Shown here piece after piece: positions 26,038 to 38,612 of a DNA stretch of 64,000 nucleotides (position 1 is its first letter; every line of letters begins with the position of its first letter). Source of the DNA: Isurus oxyrinchus (taxonomy: Eukaryota); the NCBI GenBank assembly GCA_026770705.1, contig JANJGN010000140.1, positions 558,001 to 622,000 of the forward strand. The letters are read 5' to 3'. The notes below the pieces were generated by a model. It was not told the origin of the DNA and ran no database searches. It saw only the letters and a list, made by a program, of their open reading frames with translations. The position numbers and the translations under genes were made by a program.

Positions 26038-28479
26038 ACCATTGTAACAGCAATAGCAACCCCGCTGTACAAAACCCTGCCCTCGGGAGAGACAAACTCT
26101 GCTTCACAAAGATCAGCCATGACATTATTCTTAATAATACAAGTGCCCTTTGTGTTAGACAATGAGGATTTACACATATCATTGCCCCCTAAAGCATATT
26201 GGTAAAATTGTATTGAAGAAACATTTCATTCCGCCCATGAGTTTCTGCTGATGTTTATGCTCCACACGAACCTTCTCCCACACGACCTGATCTAATACCA
26301 TCAGCGCATTATTTTTCACTTCACCCTAGGTTTTTACTTAGCTTCTATTTAAATACATTCACAGTTATTGCTTCAGCCAACCCGGGTGTATCGAGGTCCC
26401 ATTCCAACCAGGCACTGGTTTAATAAATGTATGCTTAATCCTTTGGTGGAATTTATCGGTGAAAATTTGACAGTTATGGTTTCTGGTTTTGGACTCCCAC
26501 GGGCAGAAACCTTGCTCCAACATTATCGAAATCTTTCATGACTTTAAAGAACTCTCTTGTGTCACCGTTCAGCACAGCTTTTTACAGAAAAGAGCCCAGC
26601 CTGTTCAACCTTTCCTGATAGTTAAAACCCGTCAGTTATGTTGTCATCCTTGTATTTTCTTTACATGTGAACCTGTGAACGCGCCATATCGATGTTGAGC
26701 CAAACAAAAGCAACACCTGTGAGACATTTGAAGGCCAGTTAGAAAGTTGTCCCGTTGTTATTGAGCGGGCCTCTCTCTGGACAATATGTAAGTGATGTTA
26801 CAACCTGTACTACAGCTGACCACTGCTTCTGGCCGCGAATGTGTTTTGTTCAATTAATTCACAAGCTGTAGGCGTCGTTGGTAAGACCAATATTTATTTT
26901 TGATCTCTAATTTCTTTTCCAACAACTGAATGGATTGATAGGGCATTTCAGAGGGCAGTCAGTAGTGAACTATGTCCCTGTACACACATAAATACAGGAC
27001 TGGATATGGCTCGTAAATTTATTTAACTGAAGGGTGGTTGGTTTTAACGACTAACCAGTGGTTTCGTGGGATTCACTAACAATCATGATGGTCTTTTTTT
27101 CACGTTCAGATGCATATGCTTAACTTAACTTGTGTTTCCAGCCTGGTGACATTTCATCCGATGCTTCTGGAACATTCGCCCAGACACGTAAATGCGTAGT
27201 TCAGTAACATAAGCACTATGTGTCAATGGCGATGCTGTTATTGTTCAACCACGTGGTTCAGTGTTAATATTCACGTCCCTGAGTCAGGTGATCTTGGGTT
27301 CAAGGCCCATTCCCCAATACTGAGCTCAAAATCTCGAGCCCAATACCGAGGGAGTGTTGAACTGTCGGAAGTGCCTTACTCAAACAACGTCAAATTCGAA
27401 TGTCTGCCCACTCAGGTGGACTTAAAATATCCGTTGCACTATTTCTAAGAAGAACAGGTCTGTTCTTGCTGGTATCCTGTCTAATGTTTATCTCTCGTGA
27501 AACATTACTAAAGAAAAAAACATCTGGTCATTATCACATTGATCCTTGTAGGATGTTGTTGTGGGTAATTGGTTCTCTGTTTCCTACATCGGTGTCTACA
27601 CTTCAGTGGCTGTACGGATATTTGGCACGTGATGAGGTTGTATAAATTGCTGTACAAATGTAAATCTGCAGTTTCTAATTGTTATTATTTCACATGTTAT
27701 CATCCTCGTCAAAGGCTCCTTGGTGCATTAGCACACTTGCTCCTTTCCATTCCTCCCTCCTCACTGTAGTTGGGCGGTAGTTCGAAATTCTCTCCTGGTT
27801 CTGTTCAAAGTCCGTTTTTATCGGGAACTCCAAACTCTTCCAGGTGCAGTAAAGCATCGAGCCCAGATAGGGAATCTCAGATCGCCATGAGTATAGCAAC
27901 AGCACCCCTGTACTGTCAGGTGGATAACCACAAGGGCATTAGAATAATTACATTTACAGTCTTGGTAACGATGTTTAAAACTGGTCCCCATATTTCTTTC
28001 TCCACACTGAGGCGATTAATCCACTTCCTATAAATAGGTTGGTCCTGATTTTACAATAGAGGAAGAAACATCCCAACGCTAATGCATCGAGTCACTCAGA
28101 AGGCAGAATCCCACCGTGCAATCTCTGCACCCTGATTTAACCACCTCCTTCCTCTCCATGTGCAAAGTAATGTCACTAAAGCCACTTTTGGGCCGTTTTT
28201 TTCCTGTTAGATTCAGAACAGCATATTCTGTCTGCGCTCTTATTAGATGAAAGAGAAATGGTATTGACAGAATTATCTAGGCAATCCACCACTCAGCTAT
28301 TAGTTTTCAAACAGCGGAAACATTAGGGCTGTATGCAGATCACATTATAGAAATTTTCAAAGTCTGTGGGGCATTAGAACTTGAGGGAAGAAAGGGTCAA
28401 AGGATTTCGGAGCATCCGTTTCTTTTTCTTCTGAACACAAAGAGGGTTATGGTGTGACGAAGGGATTAATAAATTATGT

Positions 28480-28950
28480 GGGATGGATGGGCGGATGGAT
28501 GGGTGGTCGGATGCACACATGGGCCGAAGATTGGACAGAAGAATGGATAGATGGAAGGATGGATGGATAAATGGATGGATAGGTGGATGGATAGGTGGAT
28601 GGATGGATAGAAGGAAAGACGGACGGNNNNNNNNNNNNNNNNNNNNNNNNNNNNNNNNNNNNNNNNNNNNNNNNNNNNNNNNNNNNNNNNNNNNNNNNNN
28701 NNNNNNNNNNNNNNNNNNNNNNNNNNNNNNNNNNNNNNNNNNNNNNNNNNNNNNNNNNNNTGGATGTATAGATGGACGGACTGATGTTTGGATGGACGGA
28801 TGTTTGGATGGTTGAACGCATGGATGGATGGATGGATGTATGGATGAATGAATGGATGTACCAAGGGATGGGGGGGACGGGCAGATGAATGGACGGACGG
28901 ATGAATGGACGAATGGACGGAGGGATGGCCTGATGCATGAATGGATGTCT
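28480..28950 (+). repeat. (GGAT)n-type microsatellite spanning assembly gap 28627-28760
   Basis: GGAT/GGAC repeats flank the N run. Confidence 0.9.
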
Positions 28951-30409
28951 GCACCCCTAGATGTAACCAGAATCATGTCCGTCGTTCTTCTCCCACTCTT
29001 CACCCCCATTGGCCAAAAGGCAATTCAATACCCCAAGGGAGTCAAACCAAATATTGGCGCTGGATTTCTTCCTTGGGACAGTGCACTATGATTAAACCAA
29101 AAATCTGGCATGGTTTGAATTTTGCTTGGTATTGCTCTCACTCTGAGCTACAGGAAAAAAAACAATTTTATCCCTGACATTTGTCTTCACTCCCAGGTGA
29201 ATTCTGACGTTTGACCGACAGAAGTATGGAGCGTGCTGATTTGTGGCCTGTAACGGCAATGAGTAGAAGATTACCATAGTGGCTATTCTACTAACTATTA
29301 ATTCATTGGCCTTGGGCAGATGTTTCAGGGACATACAAACAAAATTGCAGCTTATCGGTACATATCTAAACATTGTCTATCACTAAAACCTTATCATGCT
29401 CATTTAGAGCTGCACATAATGACAGAAACTTGGAATTTGCCCATTGTTCATTTACAGGCAGGTAGATGCTCGTGTGTTCAGCTGTATGCTTGTACCATTG
29501 GTATATGGCTCGGCACAATGCCTAACTCTCAAGTTAACAGCAGTTTCAATTTACCTTCCAGATTTCCGGATGTAGGGTTGGCACTCCAGTCCCTCCTACG
29601 CCCAGGTCCTTTTTGTTTATTCCTTCAAAGGATTTAGGCGACATTGGAGCACCAGCATTTATTGACCATCACTAATTGCCCTTCAGAGGGGAGTAGCGAG
29701 CTGCCACTTACCAGTTGAGTGGTTTTCTGGGTTATTTACGAAGGCGGTTAATGTTCAATCACATTGTTGTGGATCTGGAATTTCCTTCCCTGAAGGACGT
29801 TAGTGAACTGAGTAGAGTTTATTGTGATAAGTTGGTAGTTACCTGATCGCTATTTCTGGTACTACAACTTTATTCCAGAGTTAGTTATTATCTCCATTGA
29901 AATTAATTAGTAGAATTCATGTCATTCACTCAGGCCTCTGGATCATTAATCCAGTGACGTAAGCATGAGCTTCCATTCGCGGAAAATAACCTGGTTCCCA
30001 TGAAAGATTTATGTTAAATTGTAAATTCGTTTGCTCAGCCTCAAAGATTTTTCTGCAAACAAGTCTGATCTCGGTTATCTGCCGGGGATTTTGTCATGTA
30101 TGAAACAACACAACAGCATTTCCTTCCTCACTCAACCAGCTCTGGCCAGAGAAAAATGTTTCAGAACACTGAGTAATCAAACCATTAGAACAAAGCAGCG
30201 GCACCTCAGCAGGAGACGCTCCAAGAAGTAAATATTCACCTCGATTTCTCATGAAAGTGACTAAGAACTGAAACATAACGACTTATGTTAACTTACTCGG
30301 TAAGTACAATGATTGACTTTGTAATTTAAAAAATTGACTCCAGTGATTCTTTTGATCAGATCTTCACGTTGATTTTTAGACTGCATTTAGTTCATAACTT
30401 CACAAAACC

Positions 30410-32000
30410 ATAGAACCATCGGGAAGTTACAGCACACAAGGAGGCCATTCGGCTCATCTTATCCATGCCAACCCGAGGACACCTAGGTACCCTTTCTAAT
30501 CCCACCTTCCTGCACCGGGCTAATAGCCCTGCAGTTTACAGCACTTAAACTGCAGTTCCAGGTACTTGTTAAAAGAGTTTAATGTTTCTGCCTCTACCAC
30601 TAACTTGGGCAGCTAATTCCAGACAGCCACAATCGTCTGCATAAAAACATTCTTCCTCATGTACCCCCTAAACCTTCTGCCACTTATCTTGAATCTATGT
30701 CCCCTGGTTCTAGAATTCTCCATCAAGGGAAGTAATTTTATCCTGTCCACTCTATCCATTCCCCTCATAATTTTGTGCACCTCAATCAAGTCACCTCTCA
30801 GCCTTCTTTATTCTAAGTAAAATAACCCCAACATATCCAATCTCTCCTCGTAGCTACTCTTTCCTAACCCTGGCAACATTCTTGTAAACCTCCTGTGCAA
30901 TCTTTACAGACCTATTACGCCCTTCCTGTAATGTAGTAACCAGAACTGCACACAACACTCCAGTTGTGGCCTCGCCAGTGTTTTATACAATTCCAACATT
31001 ATATCCTTACTTTTATATTCTATACCTCTGCCAATGACGGAGAGCGTGCCATATGCCTTCTTTACAACCTTGTCTACTTGAACTGTTGCCTTCAGGGACC
31101 TGTGTTCTTGTACGCCAAGATCTCTCCTTTCATCTACCCCTCTTATTATATTCCCATTCATGTTATAATCCCTTTAACTGTTTGACCTCCCTTAATGTAT
31201 GTCCTCACACTTCTCTATGTTAAAATCCATCTGTTATTTTACCGCCCACTCCACCAACCCATTTATATCATTTTGGAGATTATGGCTATCCTCCACACTA
31301 TCCACCACTCGGCCAATCTTTTTGTAATCTGCAAATTTCCCAATCGTGCCCCCCATGTTCACGTCCAAATCGTTCATATATAACACAAACAGCAAGGGTC
31401 CCAACACCAAACCCTGTGGAACACCACTTAAGACAACTTTCCATTTGCAAAGGCATCCATCGACTATTACCCTTTGCTTCCTGTTACAAAGCCAACCTTT
31501 TATCCAGTTTGCCACATTACCCTGAATCCTATGGGCTTTTACCTTCCTAACCAATCTGCCATGTGGGACCTTGTCAAATGCCTTGCTAAAATCCATGTAC
31601 ACAACAGCTACTGCACTACCTTCATCAACCCTTTTGTCACTTCCTCAAATAATACATTCAAATGTGTGAGGCAAGACCTTCTGTTAACAAATTCATGCTG
31701 ACCATCCCTGATTAGTCCATGCCTTTCCACATGGCAGTTAATCTTATCTCTCAGAATTAATTCTACTAATATGCTTATCACTAAGACTAATTGGCCTATA
31801 ATTGTCTGGCATTTCCTTTGATCCCATTTTAAACAATGGAACTACATTTGTATTTCTCCAGTCCTCCGGTACCTCCCCTGTATCTACTGAAGATTGGAAA
31901 ATCATCCTCGGAACATCTGCTATCTCCTCTCAGACTTCCTTCAGCAGCCTCAGAAACAATCCATCTGGCCCTGGTGACTTATCAACTTTCAAGGATTTCA
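30410..32000 (-). mobile_element. CR1 LINE, 5'-truncated
   Basis: YMDFSKAFDKVPHGRL, SGVPQGLVLGPLLF, KFAD and ERRDLGVQ..ELYKTLARPQLECCVQFW. Confidence 0.9.
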
Positions 32001-35000
32001 ACCATGGCTTTCGTTAAAACAGCAAACACATAATGAGACAAATTAAATGAAAATTTTAGTGCAGAATGGGGAATAGTGATTGATTGGCGTAATGTAAAGG
32101 AGCCCAAACTCAAAGGGGAGATTACTATAGTGGCGATGCCACTAAACTATTAATTCAGTAACCTTGGGCGAATGTTTCAAGGGCATACAAACATACGAAT
32201 CAGGAGCAGAGACAGGCCATTAGACCCCTCTAGCCTGCTTCGTCATTCAATAAGATCATGGCTAACCTGATCATGGTCACAAGTCCACATTCCCACCTGC
32301 ACCTGATATCCTTTTACTTCCATGGGGCAGGAACCGTATTTAGGCTGGATCGAATGATCTAACAGTTTTCCACTTGGTCCGATTTCTACTTCTCTGATGT
32401 CAATGGGACAGAGGACTGCATTGAGTGTAAAACTGGTAGCCAGCTTGCTTAACAACTCAAGGCCAATTTCACCCCTCAACCATTTCAGGCAGGTGAATCC
32501 TAACTTCAAGCGGAAATGTGAAATGACTGATAATGAACCTGCAGCTCATTCCACATCCCTCCAGAATTGTAATTCACCTGAAAACAATGGAACCATAATT
32601 CAAGGCAGATATAACACCGGCTATTGCAATTTTTAGACTAACACAAAATGAAAATCTACCCAAAGTTGGTATCGTTGGAAATGTATTCTCAAGATCTTCA
32701 CTTGTTGAAGAATAGCCTTGAACTATTGGTTTTGAAAAGGTTACCAGAATATTACTTTTTTAGAAATCAATCTACCGACCTGAGCAGCCTCGGCATTGTG
32801 TAAAGGAATAGACGCAGTGTTTTGGGTGTTTCAGAGACTTAATTCTTGAGTTTAAAACAAAGAAATATTAAAACGATGGAAAGTTTGTATACCTCTGATC
32901 AAATGAGTTTCAAGAAATGCCTGAAGATGACTATATCACAATTTTTAATTGTCATTGACAAAACCAGCTTCATAAAACAATGATTTGTCCAATTGATGGT
33001 TCAGCCCAAAGACGTACCCAGAACTCCAATAGCAGCAAGAATTGGATAGTAAGTGGCATAAACTACATCAGATATTCGGCCGTGCATTTTCTATGAGAAG
33101 AGATGTTCTCTGCCCGTGACAGTTGATGACAGAGATTCTCTGTGATAAGCTCAAACAGACCCTTATTTATACTGTTGGAATTCTACAGAGAGACAATTGG
33201 CTTCCATAATTATTTACAGTTACTTGAACAAATAGATTCAGCAATTATTGTCCATGTTATTTTTGGGAGGTGGTAGAATGTTGGGAGACACTTGGAAGAC
33301 GATTATCGAGTCTTGGTACCTCATGCAGCCCAGTGCAGTTTTGAATGTAACTTGTTAGTGCTTGCGCAGATCTAAAGTACGTTTAGTCATGTGGAACATT
33401 CATTTATGGGAGACACTGAAAGAAACATTGATAGCCATTAGGCCGAAGCCAACATAGCTCAGTGACATGAGACCAGGTAAGAATCAGAATGACAGTGAGA
33501 GTCAAATGCTGCCAAATGTACTGACATGATAGAAGTTAGACTCACACACAACACATAAGGTCCCCAGAAATTGCAATTTATACCCACACAAGGCAAGTTA
33601 TATCCACACAATGCAAGTAATGCCAGCAGTAGCCAATGAGTATCCACACAACACAAAGCGTAATTTCACAACAACAACGTGCATTTACACACGTTTAACA
33701 TGTATTATAAAATTTTAAAACATTTCAAATGTTACAAAGCGCCTCACACGGGAACAATAAAACAAAATCGGGATTAAGTCACATAAGGAAATATTAGGAT
33801 ATTTTTGTACCAGTCCTAGGCTCCTTGATCATGATGCTAGGCTTTTTCTCTGTGAATGTTTTAATTGACCTCCATTATTTTCCACTTCCTCTTTTGTATT
33901 ACACTAGGATCTGTCTCTGTTAGCATTCACCAGGACATAATAATTGTTGTATTCCCAAGTCCATATGCTGTGCTTTAAGAGGATACAGCAATAAACAAGA
34001 TCCAGATTGTGTTTATTACAGCAAGATTGCATTGAACTGATGGCATGTACTCCTCGAAAACTACTGTTTTTACATTACGTGTTGACTGTACGAAATCGTT
34101 TTTAGTTATTAAAAATAAACAATTGATATTCAACCACCTGACTGAATCAATGCATTAAAAAATGTCACTTTCCTCTGATCCATATTTCAACCTCCTAAAT
34201 ACTAAAACTTAGCCAAACAGCTCGAGCGGTGCAGAACCCCGTTAAGAACTGCGGTTTTACCCCTTTTCCAAGTTCCGGGTAAAAAGTTACACGATTTACA
34301 AGCTGGGTGTTTTAATGCTGGGCGGAGCCTGAAAGTGACCTCCTGACCCCGCATCAATGGGAGAAAGAGCCAATCACTGTGCTGTTATCCTGCTGACAAT
34401 ATTTTGCCCTGAGCCATTGAAAACAGGAGGCCAGGTTTCTGTGACACACAGTCGGCCCTGAATGCATGTGTGCGCGTGCGATACAGCAAGCTATGCATAT
34501 CTGACGTGTATGCCGGTAAAAAGGCTCGATTTATACGAAAAGTGACTTCAATATTAACATTCAGTATTAATTGACAAAAGTGATGGTTTGTACAGCCGCG
34601 AATGTACGGACAATTCTCGCAGAGTGCCGCCTGCATTCCCTGTGCCACAGAGAGGGAGCTTTCCCAGCCGCACAGAATTGTTGGAGCCGCTGTCTTCCAC
34701 GGCCCATTCAGCAAGGAAGAGAATCGAAAACCAACCTCCTGTTCTTCTTCTCTACCCTTCCACCCATAGAAACTGTTTATTTTGATCTACTCTACCCAGG
34801 CCCACATGATTTTAAGCACCTCTATCAGATGTATCATGAACTTTCCATTCTCCATGGACATCAAGCCCAGTTTCTCCAATCTTTTCAATGAACTGAAGTC
34901 CTGCATCCCTGGGATGATTCTGGTAAACTTATCTGCGCCCTTTTCTAATCCATTCACATCCCTCCAAAAGTGCGATGCCCGGAAGTGGACACAATGTTCC

Positions 35001-35480
35001 AGTTAAGGGGGAACCAGTGCTTTTCAGGGGAACAGTAGTATTCCCTTGCTTTTAGGCTCTATGTCGCTGTTATGATGTCGATAATCCCGGATGTTTTAGC
35101 ACCACTTTCTCAGGCTGTCAGGCCACCTTCAACCATTTATGCCCAAAAAGTGCATACGCTTGTTGAAGAATGGATAATTGAATGAATTATTTTGGCGGGA
35201 GTACTGTAGGCGGCTCGAAGTATAAAAATATTAAAGGCTTTGCAGAGCCAGAAAGAACGTGCGAACTTGATGTGTTTAACGATTTTATTCTGTGACACAA
35301 AATTGTAAGGTCATTTGAAAATACATTCGTAGAGTGATTGCCTCCCCCCACACCCCTTCTCTGTGTGTGTGCATATGCGTGTGCGTGTCTGTGTGTGTGT
35401 ATATACGTGTGTGTGTGTATGCTCCTTTCAACTTAAACCCGAAAATGGACAATTATTTGAACTCTTTCTGTGTCTTGTAT

Positions 35481-35845
35481 CACTGTGTCTGTAATCCCAC
35501 CATGTTCAAGTTTTTGTACAGCTCTCTCCGTGCTCTATATCACTGTGTGTCTATAATCCCAACATGTTCATGGTTTTTGTATAGCTCTCTCCGTGCTCTG
35601 TATCACTGTGTGTCTGTAATCCCAACATGTTCATGGTTTTTGTACAGCTCTCTCCGTGCTCTGTATCACTGTTTGTCTGTAATCCCAGCATGTTAAGTTT
35701 TTGTACAGCTCTCTCCGCGCTCTGTATCACTGTTTGTCTGTAATCCCAGCATGTTAAGTTTTTGTACAGCGTCCTCCGGTTTCTGTATCACTGTGCACCA
35801 TGTTGAGGTTTTTGTACAGCTCCCTCTGTGTTCTGTATCACTGTG
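35481..35845 (-). repeat. Tandem array of 23-RSSs (50-63-bp units): six complete RSSs plus one extra heptamer
   Basis: Heptamers start (plus coordinates) at 35839, 35789, 35728, 35667, 35604, 35541 and 35481; nonamers ACAAAAAC(C/T) at 35807, 35757, 35696, 35635, 35572 and 35509, each exactly 23 bp from its heptamer. Confidence 0.95.
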
Positions 35846-36145
35846 CTGTGCGCCGACTCAGTTCACAGTAATAAACAGCGGAGTCGCTTAGTTGTAGTTC
35901 GGAGATCGTTAACCGGCTGATTTTCTCGGTAGAATCGATAGAAGCAGAAATTCTCCCCCCGGCAGCGTTTTCTTTATTCTCCTCTCCTGAAGTGCGTCTC
36001 TGAAGAAGGTATTCCGGAGCCTGTCCTGGGGACTGACGGTACCAGTGTACTGTGCAGAACCCTGAATATTCACAGTTTAAAGTAACGGTGTCACCGACAG
36101 CAGACGTTGGTAGAGGCGAAATCCTGGAAATTATGGAACTGGAAT
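35846..36145 (-). CDS. TRDV: Leaderless supporting TCR-delta V segment of NAR-TCR
   Basis: CCTACAG acceptor; open frame (D)SSSIISRISPLPTSAVGDTVTLNCEYSGFCTVHWYRQSPGQAPEYLL...RLTISELQLSDSAVYYCELSRRT; extra CDR1 Cys (36054-36056); no leader recognised; in phase with the upstream J donor; perfect 23-RSS at 35807-35845. Missed by the ORF track because it has no ATG. Confidence 0.92.
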
Positions 36146-37770
36146 CTGTAGGATAAGAAAATGAACTATATCTTTTTTATTCAGCCACTGTTTGTCCAGG
36201 AGAATCTGTCAATCGCGTGAATAGCTCTGCTTTTTGCAGTAATTTTATTTGCTGGAAGCCTATTTGAACCGTGTTCACTGTTATGAAAATATGACCACAT
36301 GGGGAATGAGGTGATATTTTATTTTACATCGCGAGTCCTTCTGATCAGCACCGGAATGTCTGAATTGGTGTTGGGGATAGAATCATTAGTGACTTTCAAA
36401 CGTGTAATGGGTCTGTGCTGGAAATGTAAATACAAATATAGAGCTCTAGATTAAAATCATGGGTCGTGGGAACATTTGTATTGCACTTTTAAAGGATCAG
36501 CGCCAACACGAATGGCCGAATGTCATCCTTCCATGCTGGATAATTCTATGAATTATATTACATTCCGGTTTCTATTTTCCTTGGCGAGAAACAAACACGA
36601 GGGAGCATTTTATGTTCAGTGAGGCAACCAGTTTCCAAAAAAAAACATGTTTGTCGGAGAGAAACACAGCTGCGTGGCATCACTGCGCACAGCAAGAGCC
36701 AACACCGATTGGGCCAAACCAAGAATGAGCATCTCTCGTGGTGAAAGGTCAATCATTTACTGCGGAATTTCTATCTGCCTTTTGCTCTATTTCTTTATGT
36801 TCTATCAATAGGGTCCTATTTTCTCCAGTTCAGCTTAATATCAAATAGGTGCAATTAATTTTATTTTATTTCTTTAATTTCACATTCCCTTTATTTCACA
36901 TTTATTTTGTGCTGTTTGCGTTTTTTGCAACCGTGGGAACTTGTCCCAATCTCTCTGAGTTGTCGGCTGGGTTTAGTTATTCAGTTTCCGCAGTGGTTTT
37001 CCTGTTACTCACTGGGAACTGCCTCTTCCGGCTCTCTGACAATTTCAATTCTTTCCGCAAGTTAACTGATTCTCTCTCCCGGGTTCACTGGGCGGAGTTT
37101 TCTCACAATTTTACATTATTGAGGAAGAAGAATGCGGAAGAGGAATGGGCCATTCAGCCTGTGTATATAATCAGTTCCAAACCTTCACATTTCGTTCTGA
37201 GGACGGAAAAGGAGGAAAGTGATTGGTTCTATAAAGGCAATTGAAAGACATGGTGGGGACAATGTCACTAATTTTAGTCACTGATTGTCAAATCTAGAAT
37301 TCAACCTGGACCCACATCAGAATCTCATATATCTGAGGCCCCTTGTGTCACTCTCCCGTTTTACTTCCGGGTCAGGTCTGGAATGAGCCGCTGCAGGTAT
37401 CCGAACTGGCCGCAGTTGTGCTGAGTTTATTCACCCGGTACCTCATTCACATTGCGCGGCTCGGACTGCAATCTGCTGCCCAGGAGAGAGCTCTGTGACC
37501 CCGCTCCCGGGCTCTAAGGGACAGACAGAGCTCTCACAGTTAACACCGGGTGTGGAGTCCCGAGTGTTGACAACCTGTGCTCATTAAAAGCGATTCAGAG
37601 TGTGAGAGTCCGTGATGTTGATCGTGTCCCCAATGTTCCCGTTAAACCGATAATGCCCCAGATTCCGTCAACTCCCACATCCCACCCAAACTCTACTGAT
37701 ATCAGTAATAAACTGACGGTGAACATTACCCGGGACAGGCTGTAATCCGGCGGGGTTTGGAGTCACTTAC

Positions 37771-37820
37771 CGGCTGTGACAGTCACCACCGTCCCGGATC
37801 CATCCGCATAATAATATTTC
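37771..37820 (-). CDS. NARTCR: NAR-TCR J segment
   Basis: KYYYADGSGTVVTVTA followed by phase-1 GTAAGT donor (37765-37770); IgNAR-like GxGTVVTV. Confidence 0.92.
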
Positions 37821-37859
37821 CACAGTGACTCCGCTCTCAGCGTCCCCGGTACAACAACC
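37821..37859 (+). promoter_or_regulatory. 23-RSS of NAR-TCR J
   Basis: CACAGTG + 23 bp + ACAACAACC, facing the D. Confidence 0.9.
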
Positions 37860-38173
37860 ACCGACACCTCAACCTGCCGAGAAATCATCATCAGACAGTA
37901 GAAACTGCCCACTTATTCAACGCATTGAAATAAATAAACAATATTCCATGTTTTAAAGTCTCTGTCGGTTCAAAAGGTTCTTTGTGAGGCCCTGAGCTCT
38001 GAGTAAATGGTCCCGGGGACGAGATGTTCGCTTCATATAAAGCGAGAAAAATATTTAAAAAGATAACTGAATGATGGAAATTACAATGAAATGTAACCAG
38101 ATTCCAGCGATACTAACATCAACCCGACAATTTACTATCCGGACCAGGAGAATTTATATTGTGACCGTACAGA

Positions 38174-38246
38174 TGTATTTGCTCAGGTCTCTCCCACTGT
38201 GACTTCCCCATCCACCCACACAGTGTTACAAGTCAGTATAAAATCC
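38174..38246 (-). other. NARTCR: NAR-TCR D segment (17 nt, 38202-38218) flanked by two 12-RSSs
   Basis: Plus strand TGTATTTGC-12-CACTGTG [ACTTCCCCATCCACCCA] CACAGTG-12-ATAAAATCC; minus-strand D TGGGTGGATGGGGAAGT is open in all three frames (WVDGE, GWMGK, GGWGS). Confidence 0.9.
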
Positions 38247-38574
38247 CCCGGGTACTTGGTGCGATGTGGGGACATTAGGTTAAACACCGTGGACTGCGGT
38301 TCCCTGTTGCAGCTGTTAGACCAGGATCACATCTGGTGTTAGGTGTTTGTAACTGGGCTCAATCATTCCCAATCCCCATTCACTGACACCAATCCCGGGA
38401 AAGACATCACCATCCGCACACACTCGGCAGTTATGAAGCTCAAGATGTTAACGGCAATAATCCAATCTTATTATAAACGAGACTGTGGGGCAATCGGTGT
38501 GAGGCGGATCTGTGGGCGTTTAACGACATATTACCTCCGCTTTTTCATTTGTTTCTGTGATAATCTGCAATGAG

Positions 38575-38612
38575 AGTTTTTGCATTGCGGGAAGCCGAGA
38601 CCCATCACTGTG
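38575..38612 (-). promoter_or_regulatory. RSS of NAR-TCR V (22-bp spacer)
   Basis: CACAGTG + 22 bp + GCAAAAACT. Confidence 0.9.

Noticed and set aside
28374-29009. HPSI-rich ORFs
   Set aside because: They are translations of the GGAT microsatellite across an N gap.
35334-35696. 120-aa repetitive ORF, or a CRISPR-like reading of the repeat array
   Set aside because: The ORF is a by-product of the RSS repeat on the opposite strand. Linkers are homologous to each other rather than unique spacers, and the context is eukaryotic.
35488-35806. Inter-RSS linkers as D segments
   Set aside because: All RSSs point the same way; each linker has a nonamer, not a heptamer, on its 5' side.
37330-37480. 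ETS/E-box cluster as an intronic enhancer between J and supporting V
   Set aside because: Only short motifs (ACTTCCGG, CAGTTG), which cannot be distinguished from chance without conservation data.
38247-38574. Second NAR-TCR D segment
   Set aside because: GGTGTTTGT at 38342 is nonamer-like, but there is no heptamer at 12 or 22/23 bp.
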